Below are positions 41,701 through 56,200 of a stretch of DNA of 64,000 nucleotides, piece by piece; position 1 is the stretch's first letter, and the number at the start of each line of letters is the position of its first letter. The notes beneath the pieces are model-generated. The model was not told where the DNA came from and did not search any database. It saw nothing but the letters and a program-made list of their open reading frames with translations. Source of the DNA: the human T2T-CHM13v2.0 reference genome, Homo sapiens. A program made the translations under genes and the position numbers. The stretch lies in assembly GCF_009914755.1 (NCBI RefSeq), contig NC_060927.1, one strand, 5' to 3'.

Positions 41701-42999
41701 TTGCTGCCCGTGTCCTTCCTGCTCAGTGGACTGATTCAAGGATTTGAGTCTTCAGGATGTTAAGTGAGTGAATTAAAAAAAAAAAAAAGTAGAACTGAAA
41801 ACAGTGAAAAATGCCTGTCATCAGCATCGTAATGACTGATCACCATCAGCCAGATAATTATACAGGCTGAAGATGATTTTTACAAACATAAAACCTAAAA
41901 TAGATGCCTCAAGGTTAACACATCCTAATTATCTTTTGTATAAACATCGTATAAACACTCTATACTCTATTTTTAAAGGTACTGCTAAAGAAAAAATAAA
42001 AAGAAATAGAGTTAATAAAGATTATTTGCTATATCCAGAGATATACTGAAATTCCAGAATAAATCTTCCTATTACATTATTACCTATCAAGGTAGAGCAG
42101 AGTAAAAATTCCACCAATACAAGCATCTTTGTAAAATAACATATTTAATATGCACACTTACCAAAATATTACAGTGAGAAAATCAGTGACAAGTATTTAT
42201 GTATATAAAATGTGTAGAGTAAGCCATACCAAAAATAAATAACAGAGAAAGTACTTCAAAAATTCCATATTTGCCTACTGTTTATATACCTCACAAGAAC
42301 TATACCTATTAACACACTTGAGAGAAGATACATAGTAATAAAAATAGGAACGTGGTCACACTGATGGCTAATCAGAAAAACTATTTGGTGTAAACCAGGG
42401 TCGTCAGAGTTTAAGAATTTGGCAAGAAAGAGAGGAAGAGAGAGGAGAGAGAAGAGGGGAAAGAGAGAGAGATAGAATATAGAAGAAATGGTTTCTACTT
42501 ACAGCTACTATCTAATCCCCTGGCTTTTCTGAAGTTGAAGCCAATAATATGTGAATACTTTAAGGATACGTAAGCATTTGTCCAAATTAGCATGACTGAT
42601 GTTCAGATAAGGACATAACAAGGACACAGTGTGGCACTAAAGAAACAAAGTTGCTAATAACATACAGCTTTTGCAAGTAAACTGGTTTCCTTCATATCAA
42701 TCACTGTGGAAGGCTTCACATTTTCTTTATCCAACGATGCCATCAGTACAAAGTCCATGGTTTAGGTGTTTCTTTAAATTATGCTTTAAGAACCTAGGAC
42801 AGGTCCTTCAACTGTTTTCAAAGGGAAAAAAAATACATCCTAACAAAGTGAAAACAGATCTTTCAAATAATATAGATAATGAAGCTGCATATTAATGTTT
42901 TAGATTAAAGATGATTAGTATCTATTATTTCTTTTGTTCAGTACCTGGCATGAGAGCTATCTATAAGTAATCAGACTTTATTTATAGATAAATAAAATT

Positions 43000-43412
43000 T
43001 ATAGGAAGCCATTCGTTTAGACTGAGCTCCTGCACCAAGCCCAACAGACCAAACCAAGATGGAGTCACTCATGCTGAAATTCCTCATCACCAAGCCAAAA
43101 CTAAGTTGTTTATTTGACCTTTTAAGCAATCAGGAGAGACTCACATCCCCAAACAGTCCAGTTTTAGGTACTACGATAAGGAAGTTCCTCCTGCATTAAC
43201 CTTTGCAAGTAAAGTAACTTTGAAAAGACCAATTTGCTTTTTGTTTTCTATATATGTTTTCCTCTACCCTTTTCTGTTTGTAAAACCAAACTCTGTTCAG
43301 CTCATTGAAATATTCATTCTATTTTATAGAATGCAAAATTGCTTGACTCTAGAATGGTAAATAAAAAACAATTAGGATCTTCAAACTAAAATCTGTTGTA
43401 ATTTTGTCTTTA
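43000..43412 (+). mobile_element. Solo LTR, LTR47-like (ERVL)
   Basis: gactgagctcctgcaccaagcccaacagaccaaaccaagatggagtcactcatgct...aaataaaaaacaattaggatcttcaaactaaa. Confidence 0.7.
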
Positions 43413-44396
43413 GAATTATATCTACCTGTTGGGACTAGAAAAGGTTTTGTGAAGGTGGTGTTTTCTAAGTGGGAACTAAAAAGATTGGTAGAAACAATAC
43501 AGGAAAACACAATAGAAAAATAATGAAGAGAGTTTGCCCAAGGAATGGTAAGATATCCTTTTTAGTTAAGTAAAGTATAAGTAAGATAAACAACTAGAAA
43601 TGTACTTTGGGGACAAAATGTGAAGAAATATGAATGTCAAGCCACGGAATTTGGACTTTACTCATTGTTCTCCAGGAAATTATGAAAGATTATAAATTAC
43701 GAGATTGGCTTGACCACATTGTTCAGATAACTCCACATTCCAACCTCCCAGCTAAGGATATTGCCTCACTGTCACCTCACTGAGATGGATTGGAACCCCT
43801 TTCCCTGTAATCTGAAACTAACATAAATTATATTACCAACAGCATCTTGTATGTATCACAACACTCCATATAAAACCAACACCTACTGATAAGGGATGGA
43901 ATAACGTTACTTACTTTTCTAGATTATCAATGTTAACAGTCAGCGATTCATTAAGAATCATCAAACCTTGGAGTTAAAGAGGCTCATATATGCAGTGTTC
44001 AAAAAGCAAACGTGGAAACAAATGCTCACTGGCAGGAGAGCTGATTCACCAGTCGTACAGTCACTGCAGAAAATATAGTCCACGTGTTTAAGCACTAAAG
44101 TTTCTTTTCCCTCACAAGAGCACAACTTCAAGAGGAAATGCATGGGTAAAATGGATAAATCCCAGGCCTACACAACAACCTAGATGAAGTCTAGAAATTT
44201 AGTGCTGAGTAAAATGGACAAGTTTGTTCAAGTCATCATCCAGCGCAAATCACAATGTTCTGAATGTGTTCTGACAAGGTTTTAGAGTGTAGATTCACTA
44301 CTTTTTTGGTTACAGCTTATTTTAAAATGTATGATTTCTTATAAACTCACAGATAACCAAGGTGCCTTATGAGAAAATGATTCTCATTTTAATGTT

Positions 44397-45045
44397 GTTG
44401 TTGCAAGTTAGAAAACAATACCCCCAACTGAAGGCCTCAGAATCCAATCTTTTTCTGTCCTTTTCCTGTCCTCCTGCCTCTCAGTTCCAATTTTTCCTGA
44501 GGTTAGCCATAGAAACTAGACCCCTTCTTTCCCAAGGTGGGTGATAGAAACCAGAACCCCATTTCCCTGAAGCCAGCCAAAAACCTTAACATATTACTCT
44601 AACTTGCCCCCTCTACCTTTCTGTACAAAAATTGGCTATGAAAAAATTATCTGACCTACCTTGTTTAACTGTAGGTAATAAGATTCCCTTTCCAGAGAGG
44701 GTCCTCACCACACTCAGAAGAAAGGAATACGTACTCAGAAAGGCCAAGAAAAATCTAGACAGACAGGTCTTACTGAGTTTCCCTACTCAGTCTATTAGCA
44801 TTAAATCATATTCGTTTTGTCCAATCATATTTCTACAGGATACTGTCCATACTTTGTTAAACCTAAGAATAAAAAGGGACAAATTATTCCCCTGCTTCTT
44901 TGGGCCTTCATTCTGAAAGGCTTCATGTCATGTAAAACTGTGATCAAACAAATTTATATGCCTTTTTCCTCTCAATCTGCCTCTTGTCAATAATTTTCAG
45001 TGAACCTTAAGGCAGCAGAGGAAAATTTTTCTCTTAGCCCGTATA
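44397..45045. mobile_element. MER4-group (MER4D/E-like) ERV1 solo LTR
   Basis: agaaaacaatacccccaactgaaggcctcagaa...gccatagaaactaga...ttatctgacctaccttgttt...ccagagagggtcct...ttttcagtgaacct. Confidence 0.75.
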
Positions 45046-45453
45046 CTCTCCATTCATTGATAAAATGATTCACTGCTGTCCCTATCAAAGAATAGATTGT
45101 TTCTAAGTGAAGATATTATCTCAAGTTTATTCAGATTTTAGAGATATGCCTAGGCCAGAAGAGAGAAGCCAGAAGTTGGTAAGAGGAGCCAAATTTGAGG
45201 AGCAGTCATAAAACACTTATTACTTTTATTGGGCTGAATGAGAAAGCATTCTGTAAAGATTTCTGTCCATATGCATAACTGCTGTGATTGCAAAACCAAG
45301 AGACACAGTAAAGACGGTTTTCAAGGGAAACCAAAGAATGATGCTTGGTCTGCAGTGGGGGCAGCTGTTTGATCAATCTCTATAGGGTATTCACATGAAG
45401 TTTTTGGTCCACAAGAGGCAAATCTCTTACTATTTTTAACTGGGTAACTATGA

Positions 45454-45928
<475 letters not shown>

Positions 45929-46249
45929 ACATTTCTCCTTTAAAGGTTTTACGCTGTTACCAATCAGTCAGCTTACCTACGTTAAAGACTGAAAATCATC
46001 ACTATGTTAACATATATTGATGAATAGACATTATGTATGTAACAGGATTTTTTTAAATGACAAACTTTGACTAAGGCATCAGGGAATAGATATGAACTCT
46101 AAAATTTTATTCCAGAAAATATAGAAATCTGAAAATAGGTAACACAGAAATTGATTACACTGCTCTAAATTCTACAAGGAAGACATAGAAAGTTTAAGAG
46201 TAGGGCTTGGTAATTTCTTCATCTAAAACCTAGAGAAAGGGCTTCAATA

Positions 46250-47095
46250 GGGCCATGGAGAGTTTTTGATCTTCTTCCCATTGTACTGAGAAGCACAGTA
46301 CACCAACGTCAAAATATAGTCCCACCTAGGAACGTAGAAAGCAAGGGCAAGGAGCTCATCCTATATTTTGACTGAACGGCATTCCCAAAGCTGGTCAAGA
46401 CAGAGGAGAATGAGTGTATAATACTTCTAGAATAGATGTGGGCCACATGGCAAAAAAGAACCAGCCTAGAGTCTTTTAAAACTCCAATGCAAGAGAACAG
46501 GGTAAGAGGAAACGAGGCTTTAATAGGAAAAGCCTACATATGGTAGAAAGTGGAAAACCAAGAGCTGATGGAAAAGTGGTTTGAAGGTGAGAAGTCATCA
46601 CTGACCGGACAGAGTTTCAGTTGGAGAGCCCACAAAGGGAAGTCTCTAAAAAACCCTTAACTACAGTAGGTAAGCGCTACCCCCAGATTCTTACTGAAGT
46701 ACCAATCAAGTAACAATTCTCTGGTTCCCTTCCTGCTCCTCCCTCTCCATAGTCTAACTAGTCCTGAAGATATCAGTCATGGTGGTTGGTTTGGGCAGTG
46801 GGGGTGACTAAAATTTTTGGTGGCCTTCCTGCAAGAATGTCACAGTTAGGGCCTGATTGTGGATGAGAGTGTGGAATGAATAACCTTTGAATAACGAAGG
46901 AAGTGTTTATATTATATTGAGCTGGGAAATTTACTTATTAAGTGAATAAGTGTTTTACAACTTGAAGAAAAATGATGAGTTTCATCCATGGACATGGGAA
47001 AATTTTTCTTATGCATAAATTTTTAAAGGACAGTTAAAGAAAATGATCAGTTTGTATACTGATTTTACCTTATAAGTCATGCTTGGTTAATGTAT
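46250..47095 (+). mobile_element. Second ancient Gypsy-like solo LTR, tentative
   Basis: tggagagtttttgatcttcttcccattgtac at the 5' end. The 3' end aatttttaaaggacag...gattttaccttataagtcatgcttggttaa resembles recalled MamGyp/LTR85-type ends. Confidence 0.4.
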
Positions 47096-47098
47096 GAG

Positions 47099-47122
47099 TA
47101 TATATATATATATATATATATA
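47099..47122. repeat. (TA)12 microsatellite
   Basis: Read directly from the sequence. Confidence 0.92.
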
Positions 47123-47259
47123 AAATGTACATTCCCATAGAGAACTTTATTTAACCTAGACAGCCACTCTGTGAGATAAATATGTCTCTCATTTCATAGG
47201 TAAAGAAAATGACTCTAAGAGAGAGCATTTAAGACAATCAATAGCTTGCTTGAATTGAA

Positions 47260-47460
47260 TGAACTGCCAGACATTTTTCTAAGCATTTCACATATTTATT
47301 TCATTTAATTCTAATAACAACCCTATGAAGTAGTCACTATTATATTCCCCATTTTATAGATGAAGAAACAGAGGCATAGAGATACTAAAGTTCACAGCCA
47401 GCAAGTGATATGGTCAGCAATTACACCTGTCAGTTGAGCTTCAGAGCCTACAGTCCTATC
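47260..47460 (-). mobile_element. MIR
   Basis: tcatttaattctaataacaaccctatgaagtag...ccccattttatagatgaagaaacagaggca. Confidence 0.85.
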
Positions 47461-47609
47461 CAGGAGGCACATGATATAGTGAGTGAGCAGCAAAGCCAGC
47501 GTCTACACCAGAAATCCTGAATGAGATTTCCCCTAGATCAATTTGTGAGGACTCAGCTGTATCATAAACAATAAAACAAAAGTTAAAAAGGAAGGAGGGC
47601 AGCACAACA

Positions 47610-47730
47610 GGTCTGTCACTATCTTGCTGTGTGGCATGGGGTAAATAACTTACATTTTCTGGGCTTGAGTTTCCATGTCGATTAAATTAAGGAAATGGAC
47701 TAGAGAGTCTCCAGGGTCCCTTCCAGATTT
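47610..47730 (+). mobile_element. MIR/MIR3 fragment
   Basis: gctgtgtggcatggggtaaataact...ctgggcttgagtttcc...ggactag...gggtcccttccag. Confidence 0.7.
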
Positions 47731-48419
47731 GAATTTGATTTCCAGCTCTAAAAGAATATGTGTGTGGTGGGTAGCTAATGCATATTAAATTATGCAAACA
47801 ATTTAGCCTTGCATTTGACTGCAGGGCTGATGAAATATTTTTAAAATTTACATTTACATAAGAGATAGTTTTGAAAAAATGCTATCTGAACATAACATGC
47901 AATCAAAAATATGTTTTATAACATGTCAACTGGATGAAAATAAAAGACAGTTTCAAAGATCAAAGAAGCCTAAATGTGTTTTTTTAAAGAGAGTGTGATG
48001 GGGTTATACATAGATTCATTATTATTATTTTTAGAACTGCACAGCTGTTTTGGCAGCTTGTTTTGTAAATCCTACTTTGCAAATGTAATGAGGTTTTTTT
48101 CCAAACAAATGTTAGTTAATGGAGCAGATAACACATTTATTTCCTTGTCATAGCTTAGCATTAAATAAGAAATGTAACAAGAATTCAGAGTTTAAAATAT
48201 GAAACATGGTATTTGGTCTCTTTACTTACTAGTTACAAAATTAGAAAATAACTCAATATTTTACTTTCTCTCCATATATATTATAATTATCTGTAATTAT
48301 AAAATATTTTTCATAACTTCATTTCTTGTCACATAAGTCTTTTGCTACTGTAAAATCAATAGTTGTATTACTAGTGCCTCTTCAAAGCAAATCTCAAGTC
48401 GCTGAGCAGAAATTTTTAT

Positions 48420-48610
48420 AGTATCTGACATGATTTAGGCACTTCTTATGTGCAAAATACTGCTCTGAATGCTTTACATTTATGATATTATTTTTTTCTC
48501 ACAACGAACCCATATCTAGGAACTATCATCCTCATTTGACAAATGAGGAAACTGAGGCAGAAAGAGTAACTTGCCAAAGTTAATCAGTTAGTTGAAGAGC
48601 TAGGATGTGA
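48420..48610 (-). mobile_element. MIR
   Basis: catcctcatttgacaaatgaggaaactgaggcagaaagagtaacttgcc. Confidence 0.8.
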
Positions 48611-48942
48611 CAACAGACCGTTGAGAGGTGCAGAATAAAACCAGAAACAACAGGATAAATAGCAATAATATAAGCTAAAATATTGTAATTTTTAGTTCAA
48701 ATGTTTGAGGCTTTGATGTGATATCTTAGATATATTTCCACAGAAGGTCTGTCTTAAAAATGTAAAATTTAGGCCTTTTTTGAAGCCTTATTTATTCTTG
48801 AAAATTCTGTTTCATTACAAAAAGGATTTGACAAGAGAAATGCTGTTCTCCACTTACTCACTACACTGAATGATGGGGCCTCAGAAATTTGTGGTGCAGT
48901 TTTCCTTACACTTTCTGCAGTCTCTCACATTCAGTGTGTGGG

Positions 48943-49385
48943 GTATATTAGTTTCCTGGGGCTGCCACTACAATCACCACAAACTGGGTGGCTTAGACAA
49001 CAAAAACTTATTATCTCACAGTTCTGAAGGCCAGAATTCTAAAACCAAAACGTCAGCAAGGCCATCTTCCCTCTGAATCCTCTAGGGAAGAATCCTAGTT
49101 TGCCTTTTCCTAGCTTTGGGGGGTTAATGAAAATCTTTGGTGTTTTTGGTTTGTAGCCACATCACTTCACCCTCTGCCTCTGTCTTCACACGGCCTTCTA
49201 CCTGTGTATCTCTGCATCTCTCCTTCTTTTATAAGGACACTAGTCATTGGATGGAGGGCCCACTCTGAATCAAGTATGACATCATCTCAAGGTCCTTAAT
49301 TAATTATATATGTAGAAAGCCTATTTCCAAATAAGGTCACATTCTGAGATTCGAAGTACACATGAATTTGGAGGACACTATTCAT
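48943..49385 (-). mobile_element. MLT1B-like ERVL-MaLR solo LTR
   Basis: tattagtttcctggggctgcc...cacaaactgggtggctta...tctcacagttctgaaggccagaa...ataaggacactagtcattgga...ccaaataaggtcacattctgag. Confidence 0.88.
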
Positions 49386-50039
49386 GTGTGGAGATACTGT
49401 GGCCTGGCATTAAGTTGACATTGACATACACCTCTGAGAGACCCTATATTAAACACATAATCTCTGTAATGACTTCACAGATGTCTCCATGCTGCCGAAG
49501 GTCGCACTGTGACCTCAGCTTGGGCACTTAGCAACACATGGGCAAACAGTTTTCAGCGATCTCAAAGGACTGAGGTGAAAGGATTAGGGGTAATCCTCTG
49601 AGTACAGTGCATCCAGGGCTTACCTAAAACATAACAAATATGTGCCTCAGCCCTCCCAAAGCTGTTCCCTATAGCCCTTATGCAATCCTAGAGTGCAAAG
49701 GCTTCAGTGTTTCAAATCCTCATACTTCCTGTAATCGTTTCCTGATTATACTGCAGATGCTAGTATGAAAATGTCTACTTGGAGATTTCCTGCAAAACTG
49801 TTTCCATAAATCTCCAATAACAGTGTAAATTAGAAACGAGAATTAACCTACACTCATCTGACTGCCATGACATACAGAGAACACACTACTCATTCATTTG
49901 CTGTAGGTAGTCACTTCATCCACTTGAAGAACATTCGTAAGTGATAGGTGGTGTTTTTAATCATAAGTTAGTAAAATGTGTATTTTATTGGTAGGTTATA
50001 TTTTCAATCTTCTAAATATTTCTGAACAATTGTCTGATT

Positions 50040-50190
50040 AATTCCTTAGAATGCAAGCTCCATTTGTTCTCAGATTTCTTGCCAATATCTAGGTGAACAT
50101 CTGGTACATAGTAGGTACTCAACACAACACATATTTTTTGAGTAAATGAATGAATGAGTGAATGAACTTGGCTGAATGAATGAATGAAAC
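50040..50190 (+). mobile_element. L2 3' end with (GAAT)n tail
   Basis: ttagaatgcaagctcc...ctggtacatagtaggtactcaac...aatgaatgaatga. Confidence 0.8.
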
Positions 50191-53039
50191 TGGATGACAA
50201 AGAAGAGAATGCAAAATTACTAGATTCTTAAATACACAACATGCCCCCTTATTACTCTAGTCAAAAAATAATTTATGCTAAAAGAGCTATTTTGTTTTGG
50301 ATTCTCTTCCACTGTGTGCCGTCCCTCCATACTCCCACTATGAGATGTTTGAAAATTTTCTTTAAGGAGTGGCTAAGTGTACTATGTACCAAAATCAAAA
50401 AGTAAGTATGTAAATGACTATATCTTTGTTTTCACTGTGGCTTCCAAGGAGTTCTAGGTCAATTAATTGGGTCAAATATAAAAGCTCCATAGGCCTTTAT
50501 GCCTACAGATTCTGTATATCTAATATTTATCTGATATATGTATATTAGATATATATATGTATATATTAGAGAGACAGAGAGAGCTGTAACACATATAACA
50601 ATATGACCTCGAATTAATATTTTACTCTTGTTTCCCACATTAAGAAGTTCATTCTTTTGAATAGTTTCAGGTCTACAGAAATTGCACAGAGAGTGCAGAG
50701 AGTATATACTATAAATAAGGCACCAGATGTGATTACTCAGGAAGAGCGAAGAGACATGTAGAGCTTAATTTCTGCCCATGAGGTAAGTGGACGTGAGAGA
50801 TATACACATAAACAGATAAAATGGATGCCTTGTACTGTTGAAAAAGGGATGACCATGTTTTGCAGGCAGTATTACAGTGTTTCCTAGAATCAAGAAATGC
50901 TGTATGTGAGGGAAAACCGGGAGGGACTTCCCAGATGAAGTGGCTCTTGGACTGGCCTTTGAAAAATAATGTAAAGGTACAACAGGTATGAGAAAAATTT
51001 TCGTGACATGAATGGCATAACACATATTTTTGAATGTTATCTAAAATATTAGATGAATGTAACCACCATAGTCTGGGGCTAGAACATATGGAACCACAGT
51101 CTAGAAGAACTATTACTATTTATGTTATTTATAATAGTAATAACAGTATGAAAAGTTCTTTGTCAGTTGTGATTCACTCTGGGTAGGACATTGTGATTCA
51201 CCTTGTTTTCTTTCCAAACAAAAACATTATTATCTTTAATAATTTTTTGACATCAGAGAGGCAACTAAACTCTTCGTTAAAGGATAAGGTTGAGCACAGG
51301 CATTTATTTGATCATTTATATTCAGCTCTATTCATAAAAGGATTGAAAATAATTTCCACACACATATAATTAAATAGCTATAGGATTTCAGTTTTTAGGA
51401 GATTTTAGTTAGAATAGTTATTTGTGTACACATGTTATCACTCCTGGTTGGGAGAGAATATCATTTTACCTTAGAAGGGTAAATTGTCACCCCTTTATTT
51501 GCCACAACAGAGAAGCCGATTTTCAGTCACTCCTCCTACATCTTTATTCCATATGAGATGTAGGTAATCTCATTAGTCAAAACTTGATGCACTGGGCCAT
51601 GTAAAAAATGAATAGGGCTATTTAGGTTTAAAAGGTGGTGGGAGAGTGGTCAGTCGGGGAAGCACTATTTTATATCACTGCCTGAATAGTGACAAAGAAT
51701 TCCTCTCCTATTTCCACGTGGTCAGCACTTCTAAAACAGAGCCCAGGTTCTCTCAATCTCAGTGCACACATAAAAGCCTGAAATTCTCCTTCTTTCCTGC
51801 TCTACCAGAGAAATTCCACAAAGCTGAATGCATAAGAACATTTGGGATCACTTACAGACACAGCTTTCTCCACAGGTAGGCTCTGAGGTCTAATTCAGAT
51901 ACTCAGAAATAATCCCACACTCTGTCTTAGAGCAACACTGAATTCTGCATTGCAGCTTTTCCAGCTACTAGACACTTGCCACTAATAATAAAACTGTACT
52001 TTGCTCCCCATTTGCACTCTTGTCCCTATTTTCTACTAGTTAGAACCTAGAAAATCATTACTCCAAACCTCAACGTTCTTTCTACACTGGAAAGTTCTTG
52101 ATGAGGAGGATCATGGAATATTCGCATTTTACCTTTGGTGACATGCTGATGATCACAGGGCACCCTGCCCATTGTGGATGTTCAATTAATATTCTTAAAT
52201 GTAAATCTGGTTAATATAATTCTTTGAGATATCTGCTAAAATATGCCCCAATTGCTGCTATATTCTACTCTGTCCTTCAAATAATCTTTACACCAGAAGT
52301 TTCCAACACAAATGTAAAAAACATAGTATTACCTTTGCAATTTGGCTTCCCAATGATATGAGACTCTAGCTAAATGCAGGATATGGGGACAGAAGGGAGA
52401 GGAGATTTTCAAAAAAATAGGAAGAACAAAATGTATTGATCTATTTGATTTTTGAGAAGCAGGTCACACTGCAGAACAGCCTTTTATCTAGCATTCCACA
52501 GGGAGAGAGTAATGTTTGTCATGATTCTCAAGGCAAATCAATAGAGCTAGAGAATAAAAAGAACAAAACTCCAAATCTCAAGTTCCCAATTAACTCAGAA
52601 AGCAATGAAATCTAGACAAGCTCTAATGTAATGCACTGGCTTTCATAAAGTCATAGAATCAACAGGCTGGAAGTGTTGAAATAAGTTCCTGGAGTCACCT
52701 AGAAAACTACTGGGGAAGCTGGATTTTAACTCATTGGCCCTGGTGTTATGCAGCAAGCACTAGGCTCTTATCAGATTGCTGGTGACTCTGAAGTTATGAA
52801 TGTTACTGGGATTTACAACAAGCTGATTGGACTGCCCAGGAGCTACTTTAGTTAGGTTCCACCAAGGTACAAGTACAGACATAGCCTTTATTCGGATACA
52901 CATTACAGAGACGTATAACAAGCTATTGTAGTATACTAAGTACTATTTGGGATTTACCATGACCTGACAAATGCAGTGTTCAAGTCTTGAGTATACTGCT
53001 GCCCTATGAAATGAAATGTAATATAAATCATGTTCTGCC

Positions 53040-53240
53040 AGTTTAATCCCCATGACCCTTAGTAGTTGATAAGCAATACCTGTGACAGTGGAATTATTAT
53101 CTCCATTTTACAGATGAGCTATATAAGCCTCAAAGAAATAAAGTAACTTGGCCATAACCACATTATTTCTAATTGGCCAAGCCAGTACTAAAATTCAAGC
53201 CTCCTGAGTCTAAACCTTATGCTCTTTTCACTACAATCTC
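53040..53240 (-). mobile_element. MIR
   Basis: attattatctccattttacagatgag...aagtaacttggcc...attcaagcctcctgagtctaaac. Confidence 0.75.
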
Positions 53241-56200
53241 AAGCAAATATCTTCACATCAAGAACTGATTTTCTAGATCAATGACTTATGAAGAATATCA
53301 GCTTATTACAGGGAATGCAACATGAGTAAATTAAATATCATTCATATAGTTTGCTCCTGTATTTTTTTTTCAAAAATGGCCTATGTAAATAAGCATTTTT
53401 CTAAGAATCTCTCATGTGAGTGTAGTTCAGTTACTGTCATTTTCTTATTATAACTTGAAATTCTTTTAAATTCTGAAGCTCTCGTTTCACTTTCTACCCT
53501 CTGTAATAAAACTGAAATGTCCAAAAAACTAATTATACTTTCATTTTTGGTGTTTATGCTGTGAACCACCTTTTAGGTCAAACTAAAATTATTTTCATGG
53601 CTGCCTTTAGTAATTAAAACTTCTTGCATGAAGTAAAAGAAATAACATCCTATTGTGAGAGTATTCTAGACTATTTCAAGGTTATCTTGTTTTTGGTGGA
53701 AATAACCAAAGATAATTGAGTGAACGAATAGTGTGCTCCTTAACTATGACAGCAAATGTTTGCATATTTACAATGTGCTGGAGATACAAAAATTAGCACA
53801 ACCTGGTGCCTGTCCCTGACGAGACTGCAGTTTAGGAGAGATGGATACACAATCAATTAAACAAAAATTTATCAAACTTAGTCATATAAGCAAAGAATGG
53901 CAGGCTTAGAGAAGGCCAGTCATTCATTCATGTGATGCAAGTGAAAATTCCAATAAGGAGGTGATAACTGAACCTTGAAGTAACAGACATACTTTTGCTA
54001 CAATATGAACTTTAAAAAGCTAAGGAGTAAAAGGATCAATCCTAGAGCTCTGAATTGTATATCATCGGATTTCTGGTTAAGTTTTCCATTACATGTGCTG
54101 TTGGCGCCCATCAGAGAGAGGTTAATTTTCTGATGGAGCTATGAAGCCTCCCAAAGGTCCTTACCAAATCAGAAAACCCTCCAACTCAAATATGCATCCA
54201 TGGTAGACTCTGTTTGGAAGCGTTCCCACTCACTGTTTGCATTCACTGTTACTAGTGCTGAGTACTGTGGTGTTACTGAGTTATGGAGAATTTAAAGCAG
54301 CCAGAAATCTGTACCCTCTTTTTCAGTTGCTTAGAATGATCTGCAATCTGACTGAATTGATTGATTTCTGGGATCATGACCAGTTTTGGTTGTTTCACAT
54401 ATGCTTACAAATGGTAGATACAGAGGTTTTCAACAAGGAAATGTTAAATCGTCTCCCAAAAAGGCACAAAAGAGAGAATGGAATGAACTGATTCTTAATG
54501 AAGAAATAACTGAATGAAAAAGAAATCCTTTTATCTATTGTGTTAATTAATATTCACAAAACTTTTAAGACAATGGTTTATTGTTGTTCTGAGTATACTC
54601 TTGAGATTGATTTTTGTTTAATTATCTTCATTTTTATCAACAAGTGATCAAATAACACAACAGTTCCATGATAGCAGAGGGTTTTGACCACTTATGGGAA
54701 ACTTTAAGACACTATATATCTGCTGCTAAGCCATGGCATGCACACTTACAATGTACAGAAGTGTTGCTGTAAAATATGTCAGCCTTTCAAAATGTTTTCT
54801 TCAGGGTTTACATCCTATGCAATTCTAAGATAATAAGGCAATTTACAAACTTATAAAAAAGCCAAAATAGAAAATTAATGATCAAACATAAATGGAATTG
54901 TCTGAATGACTCAGAATAAATTAAAGACTACCAGGCCTAAAATAAGAAAAATATAGCATTTGACTATACTAACCTTTTTTCTCCAAATAAATTTTGTCAA
55001 TCTCCCTGTTTCTTTTTGATTAACGTTCAATGTTTAGATCTAATCACATCGACTACCATAATAATTTATGAACCATCCTTTATTTACTAATTCCCTTAGT
55101 GTTACTTCCTTAACCCTCATCTGCACTTAACAATTCACTGCTGGATATATTATCTCATTCTCCAGTTGTATTCCCTTTTTGCCTATTGTCTCTCCAAGTA
55201 AATCAGGGAGGAACCGTGTCTTGTACTTTCTTTGTATCTTAATGATACTTAACACAACTCTATGCATATACCTTTATTCAGCAGTTGTTCAGAGGTTAAC
55301 AGTCCGTGAAATTTAGCTTATTGTTTTAATGTGTTTAGCTATCTGGTCTGTTGCATCAAAGCAGACTAGAAGCAGCAACCATGAGAAAAGCTCCGAAAGC
55401 TAGCACAGATGAGAAGAGATTACATTTAAAAAGCCAGCCAAAATAGTAAAACCACTAACCCCAAAGTAGACTGGGGTCCTTCAGTGGAGGGGCAAATGAT
55501 TGCAAAACCTTCAGTGACTCTGAGAATGTAAATGAAAAGGGTATTCATCTAGATTCCAAGTTCAACAACTATTTATTTAATACTTATTGTGTGCCAAGAA
55601 CTATGCCAGAATTTGAGTTTACAAAGGTTGACACGGCATCTGGATCATTTGCTTTTGAGATGCTCACTGTCTACTGGTGGAAAGGGATACATTATCTTAT
55701 TTTCAAAAAAAAGAAAAAGTGGCAAATGCGATGACAAACACAAACACATTAGAGCAGAAGCGCAGACAAAAGATACTTCTTTAACCCAGCCTAAGCCAAA
55801 AAGGGCTTCCTGGTGTAGTAACTTCCCTTGATAAACTCAGTTGCCAAGAAAATGTAGTTATTGTCTGTTATTGTTTAATAAGGCACTAATCACTAATCAC
55901 TCCTAGAAATAAGTTGAAGGAAAGGCTTTAGAATAAAAAAAATCTTCCAAAAGTGCTTCAGGATTTGGGGTGTTCACTATAGGCATAACTTTGGGTAGAA
56001 GTGACAAGTTTTCAAGCGATGTGTGGGCAGGGAAAAACTTAGTTTGTGAATTGCAATGCTACTCTGTGTGACAAAGATGCGTCATTCACAAAATACAAAC
56101 AATTACCTAACAGAAAAATAAATTCACAGCAGGAACAAGAGTGATTTATAGCAATTAATGCAGAATACACTTAACACAGACATCAAGAAATACTATCAAA

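Noticed and set aside
49498-49516. ERE-like aggtcg...tgacct palindrome
   Set aside because: The spacer is 5 nt rather than the 3 nt of an ERE, and one half-site is imperfect.
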